From contig NC_068985.1 of assembly GCF_001194135.2 (NCBI RefSeq), positions 63,937,301 to 63,991,521 on the forward strand: a stretch of 54,221 bases of DNA, given 5' to 3'. A model generated the notes under the pieces. The model made no database searches, was not told the DNA's origin, and worked only from the letters and a program-made list of their open reading frames with translations. Positions 21,938-34,878 of this stretch are shown here, one piece after another. This DNA is from Octopus bimaculoides (Eukaryota). Position numbers and translations under genes: made by a program. The first letter of the stretch is position 1. Every line of letters begins with the position of its first letter.

Positions 21938-24870
21938 AAACATGTTGGTGATTCCATGGTTGTGTGTATTTATGAAAGGGATGATGTCTTCTTTGTTTTT
22001 CTTTTTTGGAGTTCTGAGTTGTATGATGTCCAGTTTCATTGCTCTTGAGATTCTGTTTTTTTATTAATGTGAGTGGGTATTTTTGTTCTAGTAGGAAGTT
22101 TTTAAGTTCCTCTAGTCTTTTGTGGCGTGTCTGTGAGTCAGTCACTATGCTGCATATGCGTCTTGCCATACTATATGGAATGTTTCTTTTTATGTGGGAT
22201 GGGTGGCAGGAGTAGAAATTTAAATATTGGTGTGTGTCAGTTTTTTTTTTGTAGTAGATGTCTGTTGTGACGATGGAATTGTGTATCTTGATGTTGATGT
22301 CTAGGAAGGGAAGTTCGTTGCAGTTGGTATTTATCATGAAGTGGATAGATGGGTGCAGTGTGTTGAGGATGTTGTGAAATATTCGTAGATCTTCTTCTGA
22401 TCTGTTCCAAAAGATGAAACAGTCATCGAGGTAGCGTTTCCACTTTTTCTTGATGTCTTCTCTGAAGTTGTGTTCAAAGACATTCCCTATTTCATTGTAT
22501 AGTTTGTTTTCAAGGAAACCCATCACTAGGTTGGCATATGAAGGTGCGAATTCTGTACCCATAGCCGAGCCCTTTATCTGTCGGTATGACTTGTTGTTAA
22601 ATGAGAATGTGTTCTCTTCAAGTATTAATTGGGTGGCTTTGGTGATAAAGTCTGTTTTGAAACGTTTATCTATGAGTTCCCTGTATTTTTCTACCCAATG
22701 TTTTATCGCTTCCAGACCCAGGGTGTGTGGTATATTCGTGTATAAGTTTGTGACATCGAAGCTTGCAAGTATGGTGTTTTCCGGAACCGTATTTGGAATG
22801 TGTGTGAGGAAGTCTATGTCATCCCTTATATGTAGATTGGTATCAGTGGGCATAAAGGTTTGAGGAGTACATCTATGAAGTGGCTTAGTTGCTGTGTGGG
22901 TGCTTGGGGCTCTGCAACTATGGGTCTCGTTGTGAGGTCTGCGGGCCTTTGTATTCTTATATAATGGTTCCTCTGTTCATTTATGGCTCTCTGTATTTCA
23001 GAGCTTTTATGAATTTTAGGTAATCCATAAAAATTGCTTTCTTTGGTTCTTGAGTTACATAAATAGTCTTTCTCCTTGTCTACGGAGTCCTGGTATTCAT
23101 TGATTACTGTTCCAATTTTTTTTAATGTTGCTTTCTCTGGTTGTGTTGATTCCTCCTTGTAGTATGTCTGGTTATAAAGTATCTCCAGTATCTTTTCTTT
23201 GTAGTAATCTGTATCCATAATTACTATTGCTCCACCTTTGTCAGCTTCTTTTAAAAGGATCGACTTGTCATTTTTTAGTATTTGTAAGGCTTGTTTTTCT
23301 CCTCTGCAGAGGTCTGTTTGCATTTATGTGTTGAGAGGGAATTTGACGATTGTCTTTATGTATGCGTCTAGGTGTTTGTCACATCTCTTGTGATGGGTGA
23401 AATGGGATTTTTTTCTTATGATTGAGTTATCTTCTGTTTCCTTATTTTCAAAGAATTCCATAAGGCGGAGGCGGCGGCTAAAGTTGTCTATATCAGTTTT
23501 TAGTTCTATGAGACTTGGAGTGGGTGTGGGTGTAAATTTGAGGTCTTTTAGTCGTAGGTTCATTTCACTTTCGCTAAGTTCTCTTTTAGATAGGTTTATT
23601 ATTTTGGGGGTCTTATGTGCTTCATGTATTCATTCGAAATTTTTGGTGTGTTGAGTTTGGAGTATGGTTGAAGTATCTTTTCCCTAAAAATGAGGCTGTG
23701 TTGTTGTGTCTCTAAATTCCATTTTCAGGTTTTAGGTTTACTTGTATAGGCAGAGGTGGTCTATATGGTCTGCATGTGTTGTTTTGTCTGTGGTAGTTGT
23801 TTTCTTCCCATCTTCTGTATTTGTTGGGCCAATTTCCATTCCTGGGATTCCAGTTTCCTTGTGGGTAGTTGAATGGTTCATATTGTGTGTTTGTATTGTT
23901 TTGATAGTGGTGGTTGTTTTCTATCCATCTTGCAAATTTGTGAGTTCGCATGAGGTTGATGTTTGTATGGTTTGGATTTCCTCAATTTTTATTGTAGGTT
24001 ATGTGTTGATTTTTATCTACTTGTCTATGTTCCATGTATGTATCCATTTAGGATGTCCAGCATTATGTGTTGGTGGTTGTTCATATTCTGTTTGTTCTCT
24101 CCAAGCATTATAGGTTGTTGGTTGCATGTGTCTTGTTTGTCTTGCATATTTTATGTGTTTGTTTATTGGGGGGTTTGGTAGTGTAAGGAGTGGGTTTTTG
24201 GTTTGTGTTTGGTAGGGTTCATGTGGATGTCTGGGAGTCCAATATGTCTGTGATTTTGGTTTGTTGTATCTTTTTGTTTGTTTTGGTGGTTTTGTTTTCA
24301 TAATGGATTTTTCCCCATAGTTCCTTTCGTAGTTTAAGAACCATTCCTGTTGTTTGGTCCACATAATTCTGGATCTTTCCTCTTCTCATTTAGTATCCTC
24401 TTTCCATAATTGGTGTAGTTTTTCTTTGTTTTGTTTATTATTCCACTCTGTTATTTCAGCCATTATGACGGCATCAATTGTTTTAATCTTATCTTCCTGA
24501 TGTAAACTTCATATTTGTAGAAGGGAAATTTCAGTTTCGAGTCAGCATAGAGCTAGATTCGCACGTATTCTTGTTTTTTCCAGTGTTTTACCCCTTATTT
24601 CTTTGATAGGGAATTTTCTAGGGAGTATTGGGTTTTTCTTGTCCTGCCAGTTTTGGTATATGTTGGCTATGTTCTTACAACGAATGCTTTTCCAATAAGC
24701 ATGTTTGCGTTGGTTTAGAAGTTTGTTCCAGTCTTGGGGCTTTGAAGGTTTTTCTTGGTGTGTGTCAGTTTTTGTTTCTTCTCCATTTATTTTTCTTTGT
24801 GATTGGGGTGGTATCTGAGTACCTTGTGATTTTTTCTAATATATAATTCCTGTACATCACCTCCAAACCT
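21930..24870 (-). mobile_element. Penelope-like retroelement with RT, lacking its GIY-YIG end
   Basis: ORF 21855-22853 has ILASFDVTNLYTNIP, QIKGSAMGTEFAPSYANL, RYLDDCF, LPFLDI, YLNFYSCHPSHIKRNIPYSMARRI. Upstream frames have LKFTPTP, ILLKEADKGGAIVIMD and FYGLPKIHK. Frameshifted. Confidence 0.92.
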
Positions 24871-25556
24871 TCTAATAAATATATATATATTTATTTATTT
24901 ATGTGTTTCAGCCAAGTGGCTGCGGTCATGCTGGTGCACTATGATACAGAAATAAATTTATTTCTCAAACGCGTGATAATGCTATAAATAGCGTGATCAG
25001 GATAAATTATCCATATAATGCAGANNNNNNNNNNNNNNNNNNNNNNNNNNNNNNNNNNNNNNNNNNNNNNNNNNNNNNNNNNNNNNNNNNNNNNNNNNNN
25101 NNNNNNNNNNNNNNNNNNNNNNNNNNNNNNNNNNNNNNNNNNNNNNNNNNNNNNNNNNNNNNNNNNNNNNNNNNNNNNNNNNNNNNNNNNNNNNNNNNNN
25201 NNNNNNNNNNNNNNNNNNNNNNNNNNNNNNNNNNNNNNNNNNNNNNNNNNNNNNNNNNNNNNNNNNNNNNNNNNNNNNNNNNNNNNNNNNNNNNNNNNNN
25301 NNNNNNNNNNNNNNNNNNNNNNNNNNNNNNNNNNNNNNNNNNNNNNNNNNNNNNNNNNNNNNNNNNNNNNNNNNNNNNNNNNNNNNNNNNNNNNNNNNNN
25401 NNNNNNNNNNNNNNNNNNNNNNNNNNNNNNNNNNNNNNNNNNNNNNNNNNNNNNNNNNNNNNNNNNNNNNNNNNNNNNNNNNNNNNNNNNNNNNNNNNNN
25501 NNNNNNNNNNNNNNNNNNNNNNNNNNNNNNNNNNNNNNNNNNNNNNNNNNNNNNNN

Positions 25557-27115
25557 GACCACAATCGGGTGGTGCTTATTACTTGCCACCGGCATGGAAG
25601 CCAGTCAAGGCAGCGCTGGCATCAGCCACGTTCGGACGGCACTTTTTACATGCCACCGGCACAGGGATCACAACTACAATTTACATTTGATTTTGATTTT
25701 GATGTACTTGACTCATCCCATGTCTTCCTGGGTCTTCCTCTACCCCGGATTCCTTCCATTGTTTGGGAGTGGCACTTCTTCACACAGCTCTCCTCATTCA
25801 TCTCTAGTACATGAGCATACCAATACAAACATCTCTCTTGCACGCTACATCCAATGCTTTGTATGTCCAGCATTTCTCTCAGGGCACTTACACTCTGTCG
25901 TGTGTGCACACTGACAATACACATCCAGCAGATCATGCTAGCTTCATTTCTTTCAAGCCTATACATATTCTCAGCAGTCACGATCCATGTTTCACTGCCG
26001 AGAAGCATTGCAGTTCGCACACAGGCATCGTACAATCTACCTCTCACTCTGAGCGAGAGGCCCTTTGTCATCAGTAGGGGTAGAAGCTTTTTGAACTTCG
26101 CCCAGGCTATTCTTATTCTAGTGGTAACACTCTGAGCATCCACTCCTCACTACAGACTTAGTCACCTAGATAGCGGAAGCTATCAACTACTTCTAGTTTC
26201 TTCCCCTGGCATGTGATGGAATCTGTTTTCTGAGCATCTATGGTGTTTATTGCCCCTGTGCATCTGCCGCACACAAAAGCTATCTTCCTGGTTAATCTCC
26301 CTTTGATGCTGCTGCACCTCTTATGTGTCCATAGCTTACATTGGGTACATTTTATGCAGTTTCTACCTACACCTTTTCTACAGATTGAAGTGGTGTGTGA
26401 TGTGTTCACGTTCCTACTTACTAGAACTTTGGTCTTTGCAACATTGACTCTAAGGCCCTTCAATTCTAAACCTTGCTTCCACAACTGAAATTTCTTCTCT
26501 ACTTCTGGTAGTGATTCTGCTATGAGGGCCAGGTCATCAGCATAGAGGAGCTCCCAGGGGCAACCTGTCTTGAATTCCTCTATTATTGCCTGGGGGACTA
26601 TGATGCATAAGAGGGGGCTGAGGACTTATCCTCGGTGAACCCCTACTTCTACCCGGAATTCTTCACTATACTCATTGCCAACCCTAACCTTACTAACGGC
26701 ATCTCAGTGTAGGGCCTGTACAGCCCTTATTAACCATTCGTCAGTCCCCAGTTTCCGCATTGCCCAACAGATAAGGGATCGGGGGACCCTGTCAAAAGCT
26801 TTCTCCAAGTTCACAAAAGCGAAGTATAGGGGTTTATCTTTGGCTAGGTATTTCTTCTGAAGTTGACATACCAGGAATATAGCATCAGTGGTGCTTCTAC
26901 CTGGCACAAAACCAAACTGCATCTCATCTAAGTGGACTCTCTCTCCCTAATTAGTTGGGCTATGACCCTCTCTGTAACTTTCATCACCTGATCCAGCAGT
27001 TTGATACCTCTGTAGTTACTTCTATCTAAAGCATCACCTTTATCTTTGTAGCAGTTGACTATGGTACTGCTATGCCAGTCGTTAGGTATGGCTCCTTTGT
27101 GAACTACCTGGTTAG
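25557..27115 (-). mobile_element. RTE LINE, 5' truncated; 3' UTR runs into the gap
   Basis: MQFGFVPGRSTTDAIFLVCQLQKKYLAKDKPLYFAFVNLEKAFDRVP, LLYADDL, WKQGLELKGLRVNVAKTK, RIRIAWAKFKKLLPLL. Confidence 0.92.
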
Positions 27116-27116
27116 A

Positions 27117-29464
27117 GGAAGACCAAGTATTTCAGATTGCAAGACAGTGTGAGAGAAAACCATGATGTCATACAAGAGAAATGTGTTCGCATGGATGATG
27201 GTACCCTTGCATCTTATGATTCTCCAAAGAAAGAGGCTTGGAGATGCCATTATGAAAGATTGTTGAATGTGGAGAATGAATAGGAGAAGGTGAGTCTGTC
27301 AAAAGTTGACCGAATTGAGGGACCAGCTACCCGAATCGATAGTATCCTGGTAGATAAAGCAATTCAGGATATGAAGACAGGGAAAGCACCTGGCCCATCA
27401 GGAATCACTGCTGAGATACTCAAAATATCAAGCAGTGTGGTTTATGGTCCTGTCACCTGCATCGTAAATCAGGTAGTTCATGAAGGAGTCATACCTAATG
27501 ACTGATGTAGCAGCACCATAGTTAAGTGCTGCAAGGGTAAAGGTGATGATTATAGATAGAAATAACTATAGGGGTGTCAAATACTTCGATCAGGTAATGA
27601 AAGTTACAAAGAGGGTCATAGCCCAACTAATTAGGGAGAGAGATAGCCTAGATGAGATGCAGTTTGGTTTTCTGCCAGGTAGAAGTACCACTGATGCTAT
27701 ATACCTGGTAAGGCAACTTCAGGAGAAATATCTAACCAAAGATAAACCTCTGTACTTGGCTTTTGTTGACTTGGAGAAAATTTTTGACAGGGTCCCCCAA
27801 TCCTTTATCTGGTGGTCAATCTGGAAACTGGGGAGTAAGAGCTGTACAAGTCCTGTACAGAGATGCTGTCAGTAAAGTGAGGGTTGACAATGCATATAGT
27901 GAAGAATTCCAAGTAGAAGTAGGGGTTCACCAAGGATTGGTCCTCAGCCCCCTCTTATTCATTATAGTCCTCCAGGCAATAACAGAGGAATTCAAGACAG
28001 GCTGCCCTTGGGAGCTTCTCTAAGCTGATGACCTTGCACTAATAGCCAAGTCACTGTCAGAACTAGAGATGAAGTTTAGGGTGTGGAAGCAAGGCCTAGA
28101 ATCGAAGGGCCTTAAGGTTAACCTAGCAAAAGCCAAAGTCTTAGTAAGTAGGAAGGCTGTCAAACCACAATCCTCTTCAGATAGATGGCCCTGCTTGATC
28201 TGTAGAAAAGGCATGGGTAGAAACTCCATACAATGTACCCAGTGTAAGCTATGGACACATAAAAGGGACAGCAATATCAAGGAAAGTTAACCAGAAAAAT
28301 ACTTTTTGTGTGTGGCAGATGCACAAGGGTAATAAACACTGAAGATGTACAGAAAACAGATTCCATCACATGCCAGTGGGAGAAACTAGTAGTAGTTAAC
28401 AGCTTCCACTATCTAGGTGACCAAGTCTGTAGTGGGGGTGGTTGCTCTGAGAGTGTAGCGGCTAGAATAAGGATAGCCTGGGCAAAGTTCAGAGAGATCC
28501 TACCTCTACTGGCAACTAAGGGCCCCTCGCTCAGAATGAAAGGTAGGTGTATGATGCATGTGTGCGAACCGACATGCTACACAGCAGTGAAACATGGGCC
28601 ATGACTGCTGAGAACATGTGTAGGCTTGAAAAAAATGAAGCTAGTATGATTCGCTGGATGTGTAATGTCAGTGTGCATACACGACAGAATGTAAGCACCC
28701 TGAGAGAAATGTTGGACATAAGAAGCATTAAATGTGGTGTGCAAGAGAGACAACTGCGCTGGTATGGTCATGTGTTACGTATGGATGAGGACAACTGCAT
28801 AAGGAAATGCCACTTCCTAACTGTGGAAGGAACCTGTGGAAGAGGTAGACCCAGGAAGACACAGAATGAGGTGGTGAAGCATGACCTTCGACCATTGGGC
28901 TTCACAGAGGCAATGACAGGAGACTGAGACCTTTGGAGATAGGCTGTGTTTGAGAAGACCAGGTAACTAAAGTGAGATCGCAATCACGCATATCTGGACC
29001 AATTATGAGTACTCCTGATGCATCGTGCAATACGATATGCTTGAGAAGGCCTGTTGAATCAAGTAAAATCAATATCGTAGCTGTGACCAGTGCCCCCAGA
29101 CTGGCTCCCATGCCGGTGGCACGTAAAATACACCATCCGAACGTGGTTGATGCCGGGCCCGCCTGACTGAATCCCATGCCGGTGGCATGTAAAAAGCACC
29201 ATCCGACCGTGGCCTATGCCAGTACCCCCTGACTGGCATGTAAAAAGCACTATTCAAATGTGATCGATACCAGGCTCCTGTGTCGGTGGCACGTAAAAAG
29301 CACATACTACACTCCCGGAGTGGTTGGCGTTAGGAAGGTTATCCAGCTGTAGAAACATTGCCAGATCAGATTGGAGCATGGTGCAGCTGCTGGCTCTCCG
29401 GACCTCAGTCAAACCATCCAACCCATGCCAGCATGGAAAACGGACGTTAAACGATGATGATGAT
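27117..29464 (+). mobile_element. RTE LINE, 5' truncated, with repeat-array 3' UTR and (GAT)n tail
   Basis: MKTGKAPGPSGITAEILK, QFGFLPGRSTTDAIYLVRQLQEKY, VGVHQGLVLSPLLFII, QLRWYGHVLRM, RGRPRKT. Ends ...GGACGTTAAACGATGATGATGATG. Confidence 0.93.
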
Positions 29465-30289
29465 GTGCTGAGGCATAAAAGAATATATTCATATATATAA
29501 CTGTAAATATCTGTAAGCTAACAGATGCCTAAAACATAAAATTGTATGTATCATTGTGTAAACATCTACATAAAACGGTTCACATGCACACATCCTTTTA
29601 TGCATTTTATATTCACACAAGTATACATGCATGTATCTGACTTTAGTAAGGGTGGAGGTAGGGTAGATGGGAGTGATAAAGGGAATTAGTTTTAGAGGCT
29701 GCCCATGAGTTTTTGCTTAAAGAAACTCCTGAACACATGGATTCATCTAGCAGAAAATTTAAGAATCTGTTTAGAGAAAAAAGAATTTAAATAAACTTCA
29801 TTACTACTACTACTACTACTACTACAAGAAATAATAGTAATAATCATTGCATGGCATCTATCAGTGAAGTGACTGGGACACACACACACATATACACACA
29901 GAGTCATCATCACTTAACATCCATCTTTCCATGCTTGCATGGGTCACACAAGATTTGGTGAGGCTGATTTTCTACTGCTGGATACCCTTCCTGTCATCAA
30001 CCCTCACTTGTTTCCAAGCAAAGTTATATACATAATCGGGTATGTTTTCCACAGAAGACTGGGAAACAAACAACCTTGTTCATATGACAGTGATGCTCAT
30101 TTACAAATAAGACAGTGTCAAGACAAGGGTGTATACACACACACACACACACACACACACAAAGGATATACTTCTTTCAATTTCCAAATACAAAATCTAC
30201 TCAGAAAGCTTTGGTTGACCTGGGGCTATAGTATAAGACACTTGCCAAAAGTACTGTGCAGTGGGACTGAACCCAACGCCACATAGTTG

Positions 30290-32200
30290 TGAAGCAAGGT
30301 TCTCACCAACACAGGTACAGCAAGGAATTTAGTGTACAGGTAGGAGTTCACCAAGGATCAGTTCTCAACTCCCTCTTGTTCATCATAGTCCTTCAAGCCA
30401 TAATAGAGGTATTTAAGATTGGCTGCTCTTGGGAGCTCCCATACACTGATGACCTTGTTCTTATGCTGAATCACAACCAGAACTAGAGAAGAAATTTCAA
30501 GTCCGAAAGCAAGGTCTGGCATCAAAGCAACTTAGAGTTAATTTAGAAAAAAGAAAAGTCCTAGTAAGTGGGAAAACAGACAAATATCACTGCTCCCTTC
30601 AGGGAGACAGCTTTGCTTGATAAGTAGAAAAGGTGTTTATAGAAATTTCATATGGTATACCCAGTGCAAGCTTTGGACATATAAGAGGTGTAGCAGTATC
30701 ATGGGAAGGTTAACAGAGAAAGTAGTTTTTGTGTGTGGCATTTGTGTGGTACAATAAATACTAAGAATGTACAGAGAATAGACTTCCTCAAATATTTGGT
30801 GAGGATCCTTAGAGGTAGTAGATAGCTTCCATTACCTAAGCAACCAAGTTAGCAGTAGAGGAGGTAGTTCTGAAAGTGTAATTGCTAGAATAAAAACAGG
30901 CTGGGCAAAGTTCAGGGAGATGTTATCTTTGTTGGTAATAAAGAGCCTCTCTCACAGAGTGAAAGGCAGATTGTATGATACCTGTATGCAAACAGCTATG
31001 CTACATGGCAGTGGAACATGGGCTGTGACTACAGTGGACATTCAAAGGCTTGAAAGAAATGAAGCCAGCAAGCTCCACTGGATGGGTAATGTCAGCGTTC
31101 ATATATGACAGAGTGTAAATGATTTGAGAAAAAGATTGGGCATAAGAGACATCAGATGTAGTGTACAAGAGAGAAGACTGTGCTAGTATGGTCATGTAAC
31201 ATGTATGGATGAAAACAGCTGCATAAAGAAGTGCCAATCTCTAATTAAGAAAGGAACCTGTGGAAGAAAGAGACTTAGGAAGTTCTGGGACAAAGTAGTG
31301 AGAAAGGATTTTCAGATACTGAGCCTTACTAAGGAGAGACTTATGGAGATTTGCTGTACTTGAGAAGACACACCAAGCTAAGTAAAATCATGATTATCCA
31401 TGCATAGACATGTCCCTCACGGCCATAACTCTCCCTTCCCCTCACACACACACGTGTACATACACACACACATTCTGTCCTCTGGCAAAGCTCACCCACA
31501 GTCATTTCTCCAAACCCTACACTATCCATTGCAAGCCATTCCAGTTCCTCTCAGCATCACTTGCTATCTCTAAATATTTCCCCTCACACTCTTATGGTAA
31601 ATCTCCTCTATTTCCTCTGTGCTACTTATACTCTCCCCACTGTTCTCTGTGGGTAGGCTCTCTCTCACTCTCACCTCCTTCCACTTCCTTCTTCTACTGG
31701 GGTTGTCAAGTATCTCCTCTGTCGTAAGACAGCTATCCCTGTCCCTCTGCCATACTCTAATCTCTAACTTGGCACACAGCTACTTCTCTCAGTTCCTTTC
31801 CCTCTCTCAGCAGAGATATCTTTGTCTTGCAAGACACTTGGCAACTCTTCAGGTACTGGTGTCACATAAAAACACCTGTGTCAGTGTCACATAAAAAGCA
31901 CCCATGCCTACACCAAATAAGAGCACCCATTCTAGTACCACGTAAGATGCACCTGTGCTGGGGCCACATAAAAAGTACCCATGCTGATGCCATGTGAAAA
32001 AGTACCCATACTGGTGTAACATAAAAAGCAGTGAGTGCACTATGTAAAGTGGATGGTGTTAGGAAGGACATCAAGCTGTAGAAACCATGCAGAAACAGAG
32101 TCTGGCAAGCCCTCTGGCTTGCCAACTCCAATCAAACCATCCACTTCATACCAGCATGGAAAATGAACATTAAATGGTGATGATGATGATGTTTGTGTAA
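30290..32200 (+). mobile_element. Older RTE LINE fragment with pyrimidine-rich 3' UTR and tail
   Basis: VQVGVHQGSVLNSLLFII...ELPYTDDLV; GRLYDTCMQTAMLHGSGTWAV; ATAAAAAGCACC repeats; ends TAAATGGTGATGATGATG. Confidence 0.85.
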
Positions 32201-32604
32201 TGTATATAAATACATGCACACATACACAGGAAAATATGAAATTATAACAAAATATCAAATTTCCAATACAAAAGATTCTCAATAATTAAGTTGAAAACAA
32301 CATATTGTTATGATCAGTGATACAGTTTCTACAATGGTATTTTGAAAATTTGATAAGAAATGATGCCTAATCGAAAACTTGGTAAAATATTACTGTTTCA
32401 AATACAGTTGAAACATCAAAATTACTTAGAAATATTTCACTGATGAGAGACTTTCTTGGAATGTCAGCATTGACTGATTGTTATCGAATTAAGGAATAAC
32501 ATTGATATGCACGGAATTTGGAGTGAATCAACTCTGCCTTTGAAGGTAGAATTTTACATAGAATAAAATATACCTAGAAAAGTATTTAGATTTCTTAACG
32601 ATCT

Positions 32605-32608
<4 letters not shown>

Positions 32609-32682
<74 letters not shown>

Positions 32683-32756
32683 NNNNNNNNNNTGAAGGTA
32701 GAATTTTACATAGAATAAAATATACCTAGAAAAGTATTTAGATTTCTTAACGATCT

Positions 32757-32818
<62 letters not shown>

Positions 32819-32820
32819 CA
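32609..32820. repeat. (GA)n microsatellites either side of a 10-N gap
   Basis: Read directly. The flanking unique sequence is duplicated across the gap (probable assembly artefact). Confidence 0.9.
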
Positions 32821-33344
32821 ATTGTATGTCTGTACATGCATGTTTGATTATATTCGTGCTTCTCTAAAAACCTCTGAGCCTGGAACAAATTATGCACTCG
32901 TTTTATGCTGCTAAAGATGCATTCAGATTAATATAATATAAAGTCAAATATAATTCTTTATTTACAATTTTAAATTAATTATGCATTATCTCATTGCTTT
33001 GATATTTTCATGATGTGATTGCTTATTGTATGGTAGCTGTGAGAAGCCAGCTCTCACAAGTAGAATGCTTGTTCTTGGACCCTGTACTAACAATTTTGTC
33101 AGTGAAATTGGGATAACAGTGGCCCATCTGTAAAACAAGCCCCACAACAACACCATCATGGTCATTATCATGGGGAACATTGACATATGGAAGAAACTGT
33201 AAACCTAATATATTTGGTTGTGCATGTTTAAATTTTAATAGACATCTGCAGTGTTTTGGTAAGCATCTTACTTGAACAGAAATGTTTGAAAAATATGTTT
33301 AGATTTCTATCAACAAATCAGTGAGGCAATTAATAAATAGTTAC

Positions 33345-34375
33345 ATCATCATTTATCATCTGTTGCCCATGATGGCATGGATTGAAGTTTGACCAAAGCT
33401 GGTAAGCTGAGGGGCTGCACCAGACTCTAGTCTGATTTGGCATAGTTTCTATGGCTGGATAGCCTTCCTAACGCCAACCACTCCAAGAATGTAATGGGTG
33501 CTTTTGCGTGCCACTGGGGTGAGTGCCAGTTGCATGACATCAGTATTGACCACAACTACAATTTCATTTGGTTTCATGGATTTTCTTAAGCACAGCATAT
33601 TTCCAAAGGTCTTGGTTATTTGTCATTGCCTCCGTGAGGCCTAACACTCAAAAGGTGCTTTTTCTATGCCACCATCACAGGTGCTAGTTATGCAACACCA
33701 GCATCATCCAGTGCTTCCATGAGGCCCAATGCTTGAAAAGTGCTTTTTACATGGCCCTGGCATGGGTACCAATTATATGACACTGACAATAGCCACAAAT
33801 ATGGTTTCACTTGGCCTGATGGTGAAGATCATGCTTCACCACCTCATCCCATGTCTTCCTGGGTCTCCCGCTTCCACAGCTTCCCTCTACTGTTAGAGAC
33901 CAGCACTTCTTCACACAGCTGTCCACATCCATAGGCATCAAGTGACCATACCAACGCAGTCATCTCTCTTGACCACCACATCCAATGCCTCTTAAGCCCA
34001 ACTTTTCTCTCGGGATATTTACACTCTGCCGTACATACACACTGGCATTGCACATCCAGTAAAGCATAATAGTTTCATTTCTTACAAGCCTATGCATGTC
34101 CTTGGCAGTCACAGCCCATGTTCCACTACCGTGCAGCATGGCTGTTTGCACACAGGCATCATACAATCTGCCTTTCACTCTGAGGGAGAGCACTTTTGTT
34201 ACCGACAGAGATAGGAACTCTCTGAACTTTGCCCAACCTATTCTTATTCTAGCAGCTACACTCTCAGAGCATTCACCTTCCACTACTGACTTGTACACAT
34301 AGATAATGAAGCTATCAACTACTTCTAGCTTTCCCTGCTAGCACTTGATGGAGCCTATTTTCTGTATGCTTTTAG
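33345..34375 (-). mobile_element. RTE LINE 3' fragment
   Basis: CSESVAARIRIGWAKFREFL...GRLYDACVQTAMLHGSGTWAV plus the conserved terminal block at 33345-33530. Confidence 0.85.
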
Positions 34376-34572
34376 TCCTGAAATTTCTTCTCTAGTTCTA
34401 GTAGTGACTCAGCTATAAGAACAAGCCTCAGCTGATTAAGAAATTAATACTTGTTCTATGTGGAACAGTAATACTAATATCATCTTAAGAATAATCAATA
34501 ATTTCTCATCGTCATCATCAACACCCAAATACACACACACTCCAAAGTATGGCTCAGACATTTGAGATGAAG

Positions 34573-34620
<48 letters not shown>

Positions 34621-34657
34621 TTCTGGAATATATCCAGAAAAATACAATGGAACTTAA

Positions 34658-34878
34658 CTCTTTAACATTTAAACCAGCCTTATCAGGCCAAAATATTCTA
34701 CCCATTTTATGTTCAAACTGACCAGATTCAACCCTTCCCACCTACCCTACAATGTCATTCTAAGATTAAAACGGTCACAACATTGAAATCTTGAAGATAT
34801 GAGATAATGCATGATCCATTCAAAACAATATGAATAAATAAACATTACATTTAACAGAGTAATCTGAATGCTAAAAGG
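34658..34878. mobile_element. piggyBac-type MITE
   Basis: TTAA at 34654-34657 and 34879-34882. Termini CTCTTTAACATT and (rc) CCTTTTAGCATT. Confidence 0.65.

Noticed and set aside
29070-29310. CRISPR-like repeat/spacer appearance (also 37860-38110)
   Set aside because: Eukaryotic LINE 3' UTR. Linkers are mutually similar, repeats are degenerate, and there are no cas genes.
32542-32820. Apparent tandem duplication of about 65 bp plus (GA)n
   Set aside because: Identical copies straddle a 10-N gap, typical of overlapping contig ends left unmerged.
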